In this document: in pieces, positions 24,555 to 36,386 of the stretch
Numbering within the stretch: the stretch's first letter is position 1
Layout: each line of letters begins with the position of its first letter
Virus record (IMG/VR): IMGVR_UViG_3300045988_148355
Coordinates: 58,966 to 122,965 of that record
Reading direction: 5' to 3' (one strand)
Length of the DNA stretch: 64,000 bases
From: a virus
Notes under the pieces: generated by a model
Seen by the model: the letters and a program-made list of their open reading frames with translations, nothing else
Told to the model about the DNA's origin: nothing
The model's database searches: none
Position numbers and translations under genes: made by a program

Positions 24555-25160
24555 TTATTTATCTTGGTCCATTTCCGCCCATTGCTTAACTTTTTGAGTT
24601 AAAAGGTTAACAATATTATTGTAATCTTCTAATGTTTCATTTGTCATAATATTGCATTTAATATCATTCATTAGTTGAAATTGAATTTCATCAGTAGTAT
24701 ATCTTCTAATGATTTCATTTACATCAGGGTTTTTTTCTCTATTTAATTGTCTAATTAAGCGTGTCTTTCCTTTAGCGGTGATATAATATATCTCCAATTC
24801 AATTCTATCATCTTTAAGAAGACTTATAATTCCTTCAGGATTAAAAACACCAATATTAACTTTACTATCAGACAAACTATCAATACTTGTACCATAATAC
24901 CAATTATTAAAAGAAGTGGTTTCTAACATTTTATTTTCATCAATTAAAGTTAAAAACTGATCATCTGAAACAAAATGATAATTTTTGTCTGCTATTTCTT
25001 TTTCACGCTTCGGGCGCGTAGTGTGGCTTATAATAGGATTTAAATATTCTTCTAAGTGAGAAAAGGTAGCCATCATTAGGCTATCTTTTCCCGCACCAGA
25101 TTTTCCACATAATGCAATAATTTTATACATCTTCTTCAATTCCTCCTTGATAACGAGCAT
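24555..25160 (-). CDS. guanylate kinase-like nucleoside monophosphate kinase
   Basis: P-loop GKSGAGKDS and the TTRPKR...YHFVS signature. Confidence 0.65.
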   Translation of the reverse strand: MLVIKEELKKMYKIIALCGKSGAGKDSLMMATFSHLEEYLNPIISHTTRPKREKEIADKNYHFVSDDQFLTLIDENKMLETTSFNNWYYGTSIDSLSDSKVNIGVFNPEGIISLLKDDRIELEIYYITAKGKTRLIRQLNREKNPDVNEIIRRYTTDEIQFQLMNDIKCNIMTNETLEDYNNIVNLLTQKVKQWAEMDQDK

Positions 25161-28100
25161 CTTTTAAAACTAAATCGCCATTGGATAAAATTTCATCAAT
25201 TTTATATAATTGATGTCCTCCAGAAGAAGCATATTTTTTTGACATGAAATTATCTCCATTGCGGATTCCAGAGACTACAATCATATTTCCGCGATTAAAC
25301 CAAGATTTTTCAACAATATGTTTGGTTCCATCTGCACCGCGCTCTGAAATTTGTTTATCAAACAAACTAAAATATTCTTTTCTAAATTTTACTTCTACAG
25401 GACCAGTAGTAGTAAGAATAGTTACGGTGCTTTTAGTTTTATTTTTTGCAATACAAGTCCCGCAAATCTTAAATAATTTATAAATATGAATAGTATGATT
25501 TCCTTTAGTGAAACTTCTGTCAACTATTGGATCTTCTGGAAGTTTAAAGAAATCTACAAATCCATATTTATCATTGTTAATATTATTCAATTCATGAGTA
25601 TGATAATAATAACAAAGAACTTCCATTTCCCAAGCAGATAAATTATTTTTATTAGCATATTTATTCCAATCATCTTTAAATATTTTTATATTTAGATTAT
25701 TTAAAATTTCATCTTTGTTATTAGCAATCCAAGTGCGAAATATATCCATCCATTTTTGGTATATACCATTCCAAATATTCTCACTTAAAGAATAATTAGT
25801 TCCATCAAATTGAATATTATTATCTTCTCCAATTTCTACTAAGAAATTAATAGCTCGTTCATCAAGTTGATATAGACCATTATTTTTTGTAGTTTTACAA
25901 ATTGCTTTTAAATATCTATTAAATTCATAAATACGGCGAGCCATAATTTGACTTTCATTTTCTTCTGGAAGAAGATCATACTTCATAAGTCCGCCCATAT
26001 TTTGAAGAGTAATTCTTTTCTTTTTATCGCAAGTTTCCCAAATATACCAAACCATTAATTCTTTTCTATCCATCATATTATCAAAGGCTCCGCCTTTAAT
26101 AAGAGAAATCATAGCTTGTTTACCTGGCTTAATACGGTATAAAAATTCTTTAGGATTTGAATAAGGACGATTAGCAATGATTGTATTAACTAATTCATCA
26201 CCAACATTCAGCATACCTTTTAATCCGAAAAGAATTTTATTATTTTCAATATCAGGAGCAAATCCAAATTTAGATTTGTTAATATCAGGAAGACCTACTT
26301 CAATTCCTGCTTTTTGAATGTCACTAATGGCCTTAGCAATTTTTCCATAATCAGTGGCCGCGGTTTTGCGGATTTTACCACTTTTATCAGGGAGATCTTC
26401 AAATGTTACTCCATTAGCTAAATCATCACCTTCAGGAGCATAAATATCTACAATCTCTTCTTCACTATTATCTTCAAGGGAACCGCTATTGACAATTAAG
26501 CAAGCAGTATCCCAATAGATGGGATTAAAATGAATTACTAAGTAAATCATTTGAATTGCCACAAATGAATAAGGAAGAGAGTGATTAAGACTAAATGCGT
26601 ATCCTAATTGAGGAGCAACGGCGATTTCCCAAAAGTATTCAGCAGATTTTTCATTATCAAATTTACTAAATACTTGCTCTCTCAATTGTGGAATTTTAGC
26701 CATTTGTTTTTTAGCAACAATCTTACGCGCAGTATTAGCTTCACCAAGAGTAAAATGAGCCACATCCATAAGGATTTCCATCATTTGCTCTTGGATAGGG
26801 CAACATCCATAATATTTATCACAATGTTTATGCATCTTATCAATTAATTCTTGTGGAAGATGCTGAGCTTTCATTTCATTATCAAATACTTTAATGCCTG
26901 AATGCTGAATGCGATAATATCTATCCTGCTGTGATTCCTTACCTTTTTCAGACATAAGACGCATCATAGCATTGGCTGCTGTCATTTCCATAGGGTCTTG
27001 GGGTTTAAGGCGTTTCGCAATCGCCAAACCAACACCCGTAGAAAATTGGAATACATCTAATACATCACCGGCAGCGAGGTGATCCCAAATTGCTTGATCG
27101 GTTGTATCTATTACTTCTGGATGAATATATTTATTATAAAATTCTCGCAAAGATAATTCTGGAATCTGTTTATCTTTTAGAAGTAATTGATAACAAGTAA
27201 TAATTTTGTCAGAAGCTTCAGTTACGAGGAAATCATATTTTGTATCTCCTGCGGCTTCCGCTTTATGAAGATCCCAACAAGTAATCATATCTCCGCTAGG
27301 AGTTCTCATAAATGATGCGGTATCAAATGGATCGTCACCATATAAAATAACGCCAGAAGCATGAGAAGAACGTTTATTAACCATTCCTTCAATATATACA
27401 ATAATATCCAAAAGACCAGGATATTGATTTACTTCTCGAATAAATGCTTGAACGGGTTTACGGTCTTTTTCCTCATTACCATAAATAACATCATGGATAG
27501 GCCATAAAAATCCACGCTCTTGAGGAATTAACGAAGACATATATTGAGCATTATCAACATCGATTCCTTCTGGAAATTCTTCACTTCTATATCCACGACA
27601 AGCAGTTAAAATACTCTGTTTAGTGCCTTCTGTTCCAAACGTAGCAACTTGAACCAGTCCTAATTCTCCGCGTTCTTTTCTAATTGCTTTAAAAATTGCG
27701 GGGCGTTTACTTGGAGCAAGGTCAATATCAATATCAGGTAATTCTGCGCGCTCCTTATTTAAGAATCTCCAATAAGGAAGTCCCCAACGAATTGGGTCTA
27801 ATTGAGTAATACCTAAAAGATAATTAGATAAAAAACCAGTCGCAGAACCACGTCCAGGTCCTACAATACTTCCACACTCCCAAAATAAATTAATATAGTG
27901 TTGGAAAGTATTAAAATAAGCGAAAAGACAGTCATCTAATTTTTCACCAATATCTTTTATAATATCAGCTTCAATTTCAAGTCGTTCCAAATAATTTTTA
28001 TTATCATAAAGTTGCTTTTCTTGTAAAGCTTTAATACATTCATTTACCCAATATCGTTCTTGAATATTGTCGCTATTAATTAAAGAACAGATAATTGGAT

Positions 28101-29136
28101 ATTTATCGAACCAGTTTGAAGGAATAAATCCTTTCTTATAATCCTTTACTTCAACTTTTGGAATAATTTGTTTTCTTTCTAATGAATAAAAAGAAATTTT
28201 ATTTTGAATCTCTTGAGTGTTATCAAGAATCCAATTTATCAATTCTTTTCCTGTTTTATTACCTTTATCCCAATCATTAGCATAAGGTTCCATTAATTCA
28301 AGAATTTCATCACTTGTCATTAAGTAAGTAAATTTATAGAAATCGTCAACTTCTCTTTCTCCTGGCTTAGAAGTAAGATATGCTTTATGAATGGGTCTAT
28401 CTTCTTTAGTTAAATAATGCGCATCTGTTCCAACTACCATTTTTAAATCAAATGCCTTGGCGATTTGATAAATTTTATGATTTACAATTATTTGCTCAGC
28501 ATCAGTAGACGGCGCACATTCAAGATAAAAATCATCTTTTCCAAATACTTTAATACAAAAATTGATATAATCAATTATTTGATTATAATATTTAGTTTGA
28601 GTTTCAATATCTTTATTTAATTCAGCTTGGAACATTGGTAAAATACAACTACCAAGTTCTCCACCAATACAGGCAGTCGTTGCTATAACATGCCCTTTAT
28701 ATTGTTCCATTACCATTTCAAGTTCACTTTTTAAAGTAGGAACTCGTTCCATTCGTCTATCAACATAACTATGAATCCAAGCAATAGAACTTAATTCTCT
28801 TAATGCTTTATGTCCAAGAGCATCTTTAGCAATAAGAATAAAGTGGTAATATTTTTGTCCGCTATCTCTTGTATCAGTAAGATAAATTTCATTACCAAGA
28901 GCAATAGTAAAATCAGGATTTTTTTCTCTTAATTTCTGCGCATATTGATTTACTTCCATATGCGCAGAAAGGCACTCATGATCTGTAATAGTTATTCCTG
29001 ATAGCCCTAATTCTATTGCTTTGTCAATAAGGGCTTGGGGTCTATTAATACAATCTAATAAACGCAAATTAGAATACATTGTATGATTGTGAATCCCGAA
29101 ATATGATCTCATTCGCACATTCCTTTCATCTTTCAT
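25123..29136 (-). CDS. dnaE: DNA polymerase III alpha subunit (C-family, DnaE-like) with an N-terminal PHP domain; zero TAG codons in 1,337 codons
   Basis: PHP motifs GIHNHTMYS and DHECLS. Catalytic PDIDIDL motif. Confidence 0.85.
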   Translation of the reverse strand: MKDERNVRMRSYFGIHNHTMYSNLRLLDCINRPQALIDKAIELGLSGITITDHECLSAHMEVNQYAQKLREKNPDFTIALGNEIYLTDTRDSGQKYYHFILIAKDALGHKALRELSSIAWIHSYVDRRMERVPTLKSELEMVMEQYKGHVIATTACIGGELGSCILPMFQAELNKDIETQTKYYNQIIDYINFCIKVFGKDDFYLECAPSTDAEQIIVNHKIYQIAKAFDLKMVVGTDAHYLTKEDRPIHKAYLTSKPGEREVDDFYKFTYLMTSDEILELMEPYANDWDKGNKTGKELINWILDNTQEIQNKISFYSLERKQIIPKVEVKDYKKGFIPSNWFDKYPIICSLINSDNIQERYWVNECIKALQEKQLYDNKNYLERLEIEADIIKDIGEKLDDCLFAYFNTFQHYINLFWECGSIVGPGRGSATGFLSNYLLGITQLDPIRWGLPYWRFLNKERAELPDIDIDLAPSKRPAIFKAIRKERGELGLVQVATFGTEGTKQSILTACRGYRSEEFPEGIDVDNAQYMSSLIPQERGFLWPIHDVIYGNEEKDRKPVQAFIREVNQYPGLLDIIVYIEGMVNKRSSHASGVILYGDDPFDTASFMRTPSGDMITCWDLHKAEAAGDTKYDFLVTEASDKIITCYQLLLKDKQIPELSLREFYNKYIHPEVIDTTDQAIWDHLAAGDVLDVFQFSTGVGLAIAKRLKPQDPMEMTAANAMMRLMSEKGKESQQDRYYRIQHSGIKVFDNEMKAQHLPQELIDKMHKHCDKYYGCCPIQEQMMEILMDVAHFTLGEANTARKIVAKKQMAKIPQLREQVFSKFDNEKSAEYFWEIAVAPQLGYAFSLNHSLPYSFVAIQMIYLVIHFNPIYWDTACLIVNSGSLEDNSEEEIVDIYAPEGDDLANGVTFEDLPDKSGKIRKTAATDYGKIAKAISDIQKAGIEVGLPDINKSKFGFAPDIENNKILFGLKGMLNVGDELVNTIIANRPYSNPKEFLYRIKPGKQAMISLIKGGAFDNMMDRKELMVWYIWETCDKKKRITLQNMGGLMKYDLLPEENESQIMARRIYEFNRYLKAICKTTKNNGLYQLDERAINFLVEIGEDNNIQFDGTNYSLSENIWNGIYQKWMDIFRTWIANNKDEILNNLNIKIFKDDWNKYANKNNLSAWEMEVLCYYYHTHELNNINNDKYGFVDFFKLPEDPIVDRSFTKGNHTIHIYKLFKICGTCIAKNKTKSTVTILTTTGPVEVKFRKEYFSLFDKQISERGADGTKHIVEKSWFNRGNMIVVSGIRNGDNFMSKKYASSGGHQLYKIDEILSNGDLVLKDARYQGGIEEDV

Positions 29137-29161
29137 TTATAATTATATAATATCATATTAT

Positions 29162-29425
29162 TTAATAATAATCAAATCGAGAGATATAATTATCGCATAT
29201 ACTACGAATATCTTTTAAAAAATCAGCAAATTCCCTTGACCGAGATGATATCTTATGCATATTATCATGAACCATAGAATTTAATGTATCTAATTCTACA
29301 TTTAAGTCATGGGTAAAAAGTTCTAAATTAGAATTTAAATCCTAAGCTAAATCTGCGTCTTTAAGAAACATGTTATTTTCAAGTATAGCATTAATACTTG
29401 AATTTAAATTAGATATATTTAACAT
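29162..29425 (-). CDS. hypothetical protein (87 aa, one TAG)
   Basis: RBS aaggaag then ATG. Open through one TAG to a TAA. Confidence 0.3.
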
Positions 29426-29426
29426 A

Positions 29427-30626
29427 TTACTTCCTTATAATTACTAATTTATCACTGGCTCTAGTAGCCATAGTATATAAATACTTTTTATGTTCTTCTC
29501 GATCAAAAGGATGATTTTCTTCAAATCCTAATACTTTTCCATACTCGCTACCTTGCGCTTTCCAACAAGTAATAGCATAAGCATAAGAAAAATCAAATGG
29601 AGGATCGAGACATTGTTTGTTATTTCTTAATTGATAACATTGACTACCTGTAAGAGTTCCTTCGCCAGTAATAAGTTGTTTATAATCAATAGGAGTTCCA
29701 CAAAATTTATCTCCATCGCTTAAAACAATTTGAGTAAACATATAAGTAATGGGAACTTCTGAAATATAATAAGGGACTCGAATGTCTTCAGTATAAAAAT
29801 CTTCAATAGTCCCAACAGTGCCATTAGTTAAAGCCCATACTCGATTCTCAGACATAAAGTCCCAGTTATTATGTAATCCGATAATTTTATCTCCAATTTG
29901 AGGAGTATTAGGATCAAATCCTTTTCTCAATCGAACTTCGTTATTAATTTTAGTTCTTGTGGCATTTTTAGCACAAATAATCTAATCAGCCCAATCATAC
30001 ATTTCAGGTATAATTTGACTTTTATCATATACCCTTACTTGTTTTCCTTCTGGACGATAAGAAATTAAAGATTTACCTTCTCTAATCCACATTGAGAAAC
30101 GAATAATCTCACTATCTTGTGCTTGACGCATAATTTCATCAAGAAAAATGTGTGGTTTATCTAATACATGATTATTTTCATTAGGATCTACAGGAGGCAA
30201 TTGACCTGGATCGCCGGCCGCGATAATATAAATACCATGAGTTAGCATTAAGTCCCATAACTTTTTAGGAAGCATTGATACTTCATCGACAACAATTACT
30301 TTATATTGGGCTAATTCACTATTATCTTTTGGAAAAAATTTAAAGGTTCCATTAGCCATCATTTTAGCTTTATATAAAAGTTTATGAGCAGTCGTTGCAT
30401 TTGGGCAACCTTTTTGTTGAAGCACGGTCGCGGCCTTACCCGTAAATGCCACATAACAAACTTCTTCTTCTGGATCGACATTAAGAGCAGAAATAATAAA
30501 CTTAATCAAAGTGCTCTTTCCACTTCCCGCGTATCCAGCTATACAAGTCCAGCGTTCATGGGCGTAATAGCGCTCAACCGCAATTTTCAATCCTTCTTCT
30601 TGTTTACGAGTTAATTCCATCTTCAC
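29427..30626 (-). CDS. Dda/RecD-like SF1 DNA helicase, a single gene with in-frame TAG at 29982
   Basis: Track ORFs 29982..30626 (Walker A GYAGSGKST, VDEVSM, GDPGQLPPV) and 29427..29930 share a frame. The 51 nt between them are sense codons. Confidence 0.7.
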
Positions 30627-30825
30627 ACTCTCCAGGGTTTAATCTATAATATTTATTTTCATCAACTATAAAATAATCACAAGTCCATTTCAATGTTCCA
30701 TAAACACCTGTCGTATGTCTATCTATACTATCTAATTTAGAAATTAATTCTTGAACTTTATTATAATAAGAACAATTCTCATAATTAGAACAATAATCAC
30801 ATTGTTCTTTCCAATAAATCCACAT
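30604..30825 (-). CDS. hypothetical Cys-rich protein
   Basis: Track ORF. Confidence 0.3.
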   Translation of the reverse strand: MWIYWKEQCDYCSNYENCSYYNKVQELISKLDSIDRHTTGVYGTLKWTCDYFIVDENKYYRLNPGECEDGINS

Positions 30826-31103
30826 TAGTCATGTTCTCCAATTGCTTCATCGAGAATTTGATAAAAACGCATACAATCTCTTTCATAAAGTTCCATAGCT
30901 GTATTTTCAGCTTCCTTTTTAGTATATCTTCTACTATTAATATACTTTTCAATATCTTCCTTCATAGCTTTATAGCGAGCTAATTGATATCTATAGCAAA
31001 GACTATCATATATATAGCCTTTAGTATGTTTTTCTCTTTCTTCAAAAAATTCTAAACTATTATCGTATTTATGAGCTTTATCAATCATTTCTTTTAAATC
31101 CAT
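30825..31103 (-). CDS. hypothetical protein
   Basis: Track ORF. Confidence 0.3.
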   Translation of the reverse strand: MDLKEMIDKAHKYDNSLEFFEEREKHTKGYIYDSLCYRYQLARYKAMKEDIEKYINSRRYTKKEAENTAMELYERDCMRFYQILDEAIGEHD

Positions 31104-31247
31104 AATATTTTTCTTCTTTCTTCATTTATATTTATATAATACCATATTTTAATTATTTAGTCAAATTTAAAATATAATAAACTCATTATTTGTGTTGTCA
31201 GCTTTAATTGTCATAGGCGGTCCAAAAGAAATAGTTGTTGTATGTGG

Positions 31248-31610
31248 CTAATTAGATTCAGAAAAAATTTCAGATTCAAGTTTTTCTCCAAAAATTTCTA
31301 AATCACTTTTTTCATTTGACTTGTCGGTTTCTTCGTCTGTTCCCGGCCCGAGCAACCACCCTTCTTCTTTATAGCCAGTGGTAGAAGCTTTAATCCATAA
31401 GTCTGCGATTTCATCTAATACCTTGAACAAATCGTCTTTAGAAGAAATCCCCAGTTCATTTAATTGTTTATTTATTCTATTGTTCACTTCATTATATGTA
31501 TACCCATATGATCCTAAAGATTCTAAAATTTTATAAAGTGCTTTACCACTTTCTTGTGGGGTTGCCTAATATACCATATTAATGTCATCAGCATAATAAT
31601 TAAATTTTCC
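31248..31610 (-). CDS. hypothetical protein; ends at TAG 31248 (readthrough would add 27 codons to TAA 31167)
   Basis: The track ORF extends upstream through a TAG to an ATG with RBS ggag. Confidence 0.3.
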
Positions 31611-31625
31611 CATAATCTACTCCAT

Positions 31626-31670
31626 AAATAAAAATAATGGCTATATGAAGAAATAAATCTTCATATAGCC
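31626..31670 (-). terminator. rho-independent terminator
   Basis: Hairpin ggctatatgaag / cttcatatagcc followed by a T-run on the - strand. Confidence 0.5.
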
Positions 31671-31676
31671 GTAAAA

Positions 31677-32516
31677 TTAATTAGTAAAATAATTATAAGC
31701 AGTGGTCGCATTCTTTTGTCTTTGATTTAAAGAACTTGATCCACAACGCTCATAACATTTTGCAAAAGCTTTAGCAACTTCTTTTTCATCATTTAAATTT
31801 AAAAAAGAATTAAAATTAAATCCTCTTTTATATGAAGAACCAAAAGTATTAAATTCATATTCAATAGTATTTATTAAGAATTCACATTGTGTGTCTAAAT
31901 TAGAATACCAAACACTTGAATATCCTTTACTCCATTGACAAATTCCATAATAATATTTATTAGAAGCAGTTGGCTGTAAAGATAAAGTATGACCGCCACA
32001 TTCTGCCATCATATTACCTAAAATACCTGCGCAAACCGCGTCATTCCATCCTTGGTCTTTCATATAAAGCCAAATTTCTGTCGCTACTGGATAAGTAGAT
32101 GATTTATCACTCCATTGAGAATTAATTTTATCTAAACGATTCTGATAAATTTCTAAATATCCATTAGCAGTTTCATATTCTTTTTTAGCAAATTCAATAA
32201 TAGGATGATTTTCATCATACCCTAATGCTCTTGTTGCTTCGGCTAAGTCATGAGCACTATTCACAATCTCTTGATATTCTTGGATTAGAGATTTGAGCTC
32301 TTTACGATTAACTGTATCATTAATTTCTCTATCCATAGGCTCCATATCAATAGTTTCTTCTGGTAAGAAATTATATACAGTTGATGATTCAGAAGGGATG
32401 TAAGCTTCCGAAAAAGTAGTGATTTCGCTATAATTTAAAGCAAGAGCTGATGTTTGTAAAATAAAAATTAATACAAAACAAATAATGCTTCCTGCTAAAA
32501 TCTTATATCTTTTCAT
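31677..32516 (-). CDS. secreted protein with a phage-tail-lysozyme-like domain (GILGNMMAECGG...YYYGICQW)
   Basis: N-terminal signal peptide/TM. Motif similarity to the N-terminal domain of the endolysin at 55575..56878. Confidence 0.45.
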   Translation of the reverse strand: MKRYKILAGSIICFVLIFILQTSALALNYSEITTFSEAYIPSESSTVYNFLPEETIDMEPMDREINDTVNRKELKSLIQEYQEIVNSAHDLAEATRALGYDENHPIIEFAKKEYETANGYLEIYQNRLDKINSQWSDKSSTYPVATEIWLYMKDQGWNDAVCAGILGNMMAECGGHTLSLQPTASNKYYYGICQWSKGYSSVWYSNLDTQCEFLINTIEYEFNTFGSSYKRGFNFNSFLNLNDEKEVAKAFAKCYERCGSSSLNQRQKNATTAYNYFTN

Positions 32517-32689
32517 AAATGATTTTCTCCTAATAGGTTTTTTAAGTCTATTAGTCGTAGTGTCAATTATTAAAAATAATAAGCAGCCCTATCTACAATT
32601 TCGTAATCTTCTATAATAATCTAAGGACTAATGTTATTATTCCATATATTTCGTTCGCATTTACCAACGATATTAATTGTCACATAACC

Positions 32690-34318
32690 CTATTCAGAAT
32701 ACAATTTCTCGTATTCCTCCTCGGACGACTTAAACTTGATTAAACTGATGCCATCTGGCATAGTTATCTTCAAGGTAGGATTTTTATCTTTTGACATTAA
32801 AGTTAAGTTATTTGATGCAACTTTTATTCCTTCAACGGCAATAGATGCTTCTTCTACCCCTTGGCCCCAAAGTGGTTTAAGTTGAGCGATATCAATAATA
32901 TCTTTTCCAACTAAATCATTAGTGTGATAAATAAAATCAACACTATAAATTGGGGTGAAATCAAAATCTTGTAAAGCAGAATTCGCATATTCAATAAATT
33001 TATCAAAATTATCATCAATAATACCAAATCCAAAAGCGTTAGGATGTCCTTCTGCATACATAATTAGATTTGATTTTTGACAAAATTCTCTAAAGTCTTT
33101 AAGCGCGGATTTGTCGTATCCTCTGCCGGAGCCTTCCCAACAAATTTGTTGAGTTTCTTCATCTATTGTTTTATTAAGAATTAAAACAGGACGTTGATAT
33201 TTGCTCATTAATTGATTGGCCATTAATCCAGTCAAATTTTTATCAGCAGCAAATCCATCTAACTTAATTCCTAAGATTTTATTACTTAAAAGATTTTGAT
33301 TTGCGATTATCTATTCAATTTTTTCCAAGCTAGTGTCTCTGATTTTAGTTTGCCTATTCTTGATATTAGTACAATTACGACAAGCTTGTTCTACTCTTGT
33401 TTCTGCTTGACCTTTACATCCACGTTTTGTTGAAGGGACAAGTTCGTATCCCTTAAAATCAAGCATTGACTCGAATAGCATGAGCTTTTCTTCTTGCGTC
33501 CCAACACGAGTAGTTGCATTAACTAAAGGAGCAATATAGAAAGCTACTCCAATAGGCGTAATCTCATTATTAAAATGAAACTAATCTCTATTGATTATGC
33601 CTCTGAAGTAAGGATTGGTGATTTGTTGTAAGCCTTTATTAATTAAATGTTTTGTTTCAAAATCACGCATATCCATCATGTCGGCCACCATTCCAAGAGC
33701 AACTAAATCCAATATATGATCCGCGTATTGAACGTTCATAAGTTCATCAATATAACAACAAAACTTATAAACCATTCCTACGCCAGATAAAGATTTAGTT
33801 GGATAATCACATAATTGATTGTTAATAATACAAGCATACTATGATATTTTATCAGCTTCATGGTGGTCTATTACCAACACATCAATACCATTTTTATATA
33901 AATATTCGTGTTCTAAATAATCATTTGATGAAGAATCTGGAGCAATTACTAATTTAATATCTTTATCAATACTATCTGGTATAATTCCGTGTTGTTTTCC
34001 TGCATGGACACGATAAAAAATATTGTTTTGCACAAACGCAGGAAAAAGACAGTATAAGTAATTCATGAGCGCGGCCGCCGAAGTATAGCCATCACAATCA
34101 CTATCTACCTATATAAGAACTTTGTCATTTTGTGCAATATGTTTGACGAGCATTTTTGCGCCATTTTCTATTCTGTCAATAGTTGCTGGTTCTATAATGT
34201 CGTCATCAGTGGTATTAAGATAATGAGGAATATCTTGTAATTTAATCCCTCTATTGGTTAGCACCTGTTCGACCGCTGAATACTGCGGGATGCGAGGAGC
34301 TTTTAGTTGATAGTCCAT
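32690..34318 (-). CDS. DHH-DHHA1 phosphoesterase (RecJ/NrnA-like), ~542 codons with four in-frame TAGs
   Basis: Track ORFs 34109.., 33839.., 33581.. and 32690.. are all in the same frame. Motifs DSDCDGYTSAA (DHH motif I), VLVIDHH and GHPNAFGFG (DHHA1). The 345-nt gap 33236-33580 has no TAA/TGA. Confidence 0.7.
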
Positions 34319-34387
34319 AGGCTATTCAACCTCCTTTCATAATACCACCACTATTATTTAAGAATTTCTATAATTTACTTATTCATA

Positions 34388-34705
34388 TCAGTCCTCTCCT
34401 ACTGGATCACCATAATAATGATAAGCAGTATAAGGAAGGGCTCTTGTGCATGGAAAAATAATAGTTTCAATAACTGAAAGAGGGGTTTGACGAGAAATAT
34501 AAGAAATATTACATTTATATCCTCTTGCGCTATCAGTAGAAATAACTACTTTCCAATAATCTTCATTTTCAAAAATTATAGAATAACGATTGATAGATTT
34601 ATTTTTTTCTATTACTTTTATATCCATTGCTTTATATTGTTCTTCAATTCTTTCTAATTGTTCAATTCCTTCAATGAAAGTATTACACCAAACAATACCT
34701 ATCAT
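34388..34705 (-). CDS. hypothetical protein
   Basis: Track ORF. Confidence 0.3.
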   Translation of the reverse strand: MIGIVWCNTFIEGIEQLERIEEQYKAMDIKVIEKNKSINRYSIIFENEDYWKVVISTDSARGYKCNISYISRQTPLSVIETIIFPCTRALPYTAYHYYGDPVGED

Positions 34706-34992
34706 AAACCACTCTCTCCCATCTTATGGCCTAATGGACAAATATGAAAAAGAACAGGAATTTCCATTTCCGTATATCCTTTTTCCAAATCTCCATTATA
34801 TTTAATTATTTTTCGAGTTTCAATTCTACTTGAGATACAATTACTGGTTTTATCATAATATTTATTACATTTATCACAATAAATACAACTCCGAAGCAAA
34901 CTATCTCTTTGCTTTTTTAATCCTTCAATCTGTGCGCTTAATGAAATAATTGTATCATTTACAGAAATAGGAATATCATAATCATCATTCAT
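34702..34992 (-). CDS. Cys-rich (zinc-ribbon-like) hypothetical protein
   Basis: Track ORF with a CxxC...CPLGH pattern. Confidence 0.3.
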   Translation of the reverse strand: MNDDYDIPISVNDTIISLSAQIEGLKKQRDSLLRSCIYCDKCNKYYDKTSNCISSRIETRKIIKYNGDLEKGYTEMEIPVLFHICPLGHKMGESGL

Positions 34993-36092
34993 ATAAATAT
35001 TCTTTCCTTATATAATTGTAAAAATTTTTCTTTACCGTCATCAATTGGCGAATCCTTATACTTTGTAATCATATTTTTATCAAAAATAAAAGATATAAGC
35101 ACATCATTTTTAAATTTAGTTCTAATCTTTAAAAGATTTAATTTTAAGTGTTGAAATTCCGCGTCTCCAATTTCTTGGAATTGCCTATCAAAAGCAATTA
35201 TAATTTCCTGCGCACCGCTATCTAACAATAGTTGAATTTGATGCGAAGAAACATTGCTTCCGCAACAAGCTACTGATATATTATTATTCCAACCAAAATC
35301 AGTTGCATATTTTAATACTGATTTTTCGCTTTCAAAAATAATTGCTTTTTTCATTATGCTAATGGCATTTTTAGACCAATTTAATCCATATAAGTTCATT
35401 CCAAGAGGATGATTATATAATTGATTATTTATTTTCATTGGTCTATATTTTCCATATAGTTCCGCCTCGTCTTTGCACATAGTGCGTCCGCGCAAGCCTA
35501 CAAATCTTCCACTAATATCATAATGAGGAATTGTAATTTGATCTGCTCCTGGATAAAAACCAATACGCGCTTTATCAATTACTTCTTGAGAAATCCCTTC
35601 ATCAAGCCAAGGAACTATTTTAATATTATAATTTAATCTATTTAAAATAGAATCATCATAATCTTTTAAAATAATTTTGTTATTTTTTAATTCAATCTCT
35701 TGAATACGAGAATAATTTGATAAAATTTTCCAATCATCTAAAGTTTTACCCATATCGTCATCTTTTATCATACCTGATAAACCAAAACGACGAGCAACCC
35801 ATAAAACTGAATCATTTAAATCAAATTCTTCATCATATTGAATTTTCATTACCTTAGAACATAATTCAAAAATATCAAAAGTTGAATCGCATCCTGTGTA
35901 GCATTTAAATAATCCTGTATTTTCATAAAAATAAAGTTTTCTACTACCTTCTCCAGGAGGATTATGACAAATGGTGGAAGAGAGAATCCCGAATTCTGTA
36001 TATTCAGGATCTCCGCCCCATTCAATTAATAAATCATAAATATTTTCAAGCCCAAGAGCTTGACGAATTTCTGATTTATCAAATACTATCAT
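34989..36092 (-). CDS. DNA primase (DnaG/T4 gp61-like: zinc-binding domain plus TOPRIM)
   Basis: Zinc-finger pattern CHNP...CYTGC. TOPRIM acidic motifs ESEKS and DSGAQE...AFD. Confidence 0.7.
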   Translation of the reverse strand: MIVFDKSEIRQALGLENIYDLLIEWGGDPEYTEFGILSSTICHNPPGEGSRKLYFYENTGLFKCYTGCDSTFDIFELCSKVMKIQYDEEFDLNDSVLWVARRFGLSGMIKDDDMGKTLDDWKILSNYSRIQEIELKNNKIILKDYDDSILNRLNYNIKIVPWLDEGISQEVIDKARIGFYPGADQITIPHYDISGRFVGLRGRTMCKDEAELYGKYRPMKINNQLYNHPLGMNLYGLNWSKNAISIMKKAIIFESEKSVLKYATDFGWNNNISVACCGSNVSSHQIQLLLDSGAQEIIIAFDRQFQEIGDAEFQHLKLNLLKIRTKFKNDVLISFIFDKNMITKYKDSPIDDGKEKFLQLYKERIFI

Positions 36093-36261
36093 AAGTAATT
36101 ACTTTAGAACAATTTCTCATAAGTCCACACTGTTCATTAACATAATGGACAAGCATTTCCTGCGGACGAAGCTTAGCAAGACTGGGAATGGCTTTATAAG
36201 TACGAATAATCTCTTTAGCCATTCTATTGCTCATCTTATATTCAACATTACCACTCTTCAT
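36079..36261 (-). CDS. hypothetical protein
   Basis: Track ORF. Confidence 0.25.
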   Translation of the reverse strand: MKSGNVEYKMSNRMAKEIIRTYKAIPSLAKLRPQEMLVHYVNEQCGLMRNCSKVITYDSI

Positions 36262-36386
36262 AATTTTTCTCCTTAATTTTAAATTAAATCATTTAATGAA
36301 ATATTATCTTTATTTAAATATGAAATTCTAATTAAAGGAATTCCATGTTCTTTACAATAATTATTTTTTAATTCATCACATTTTTG

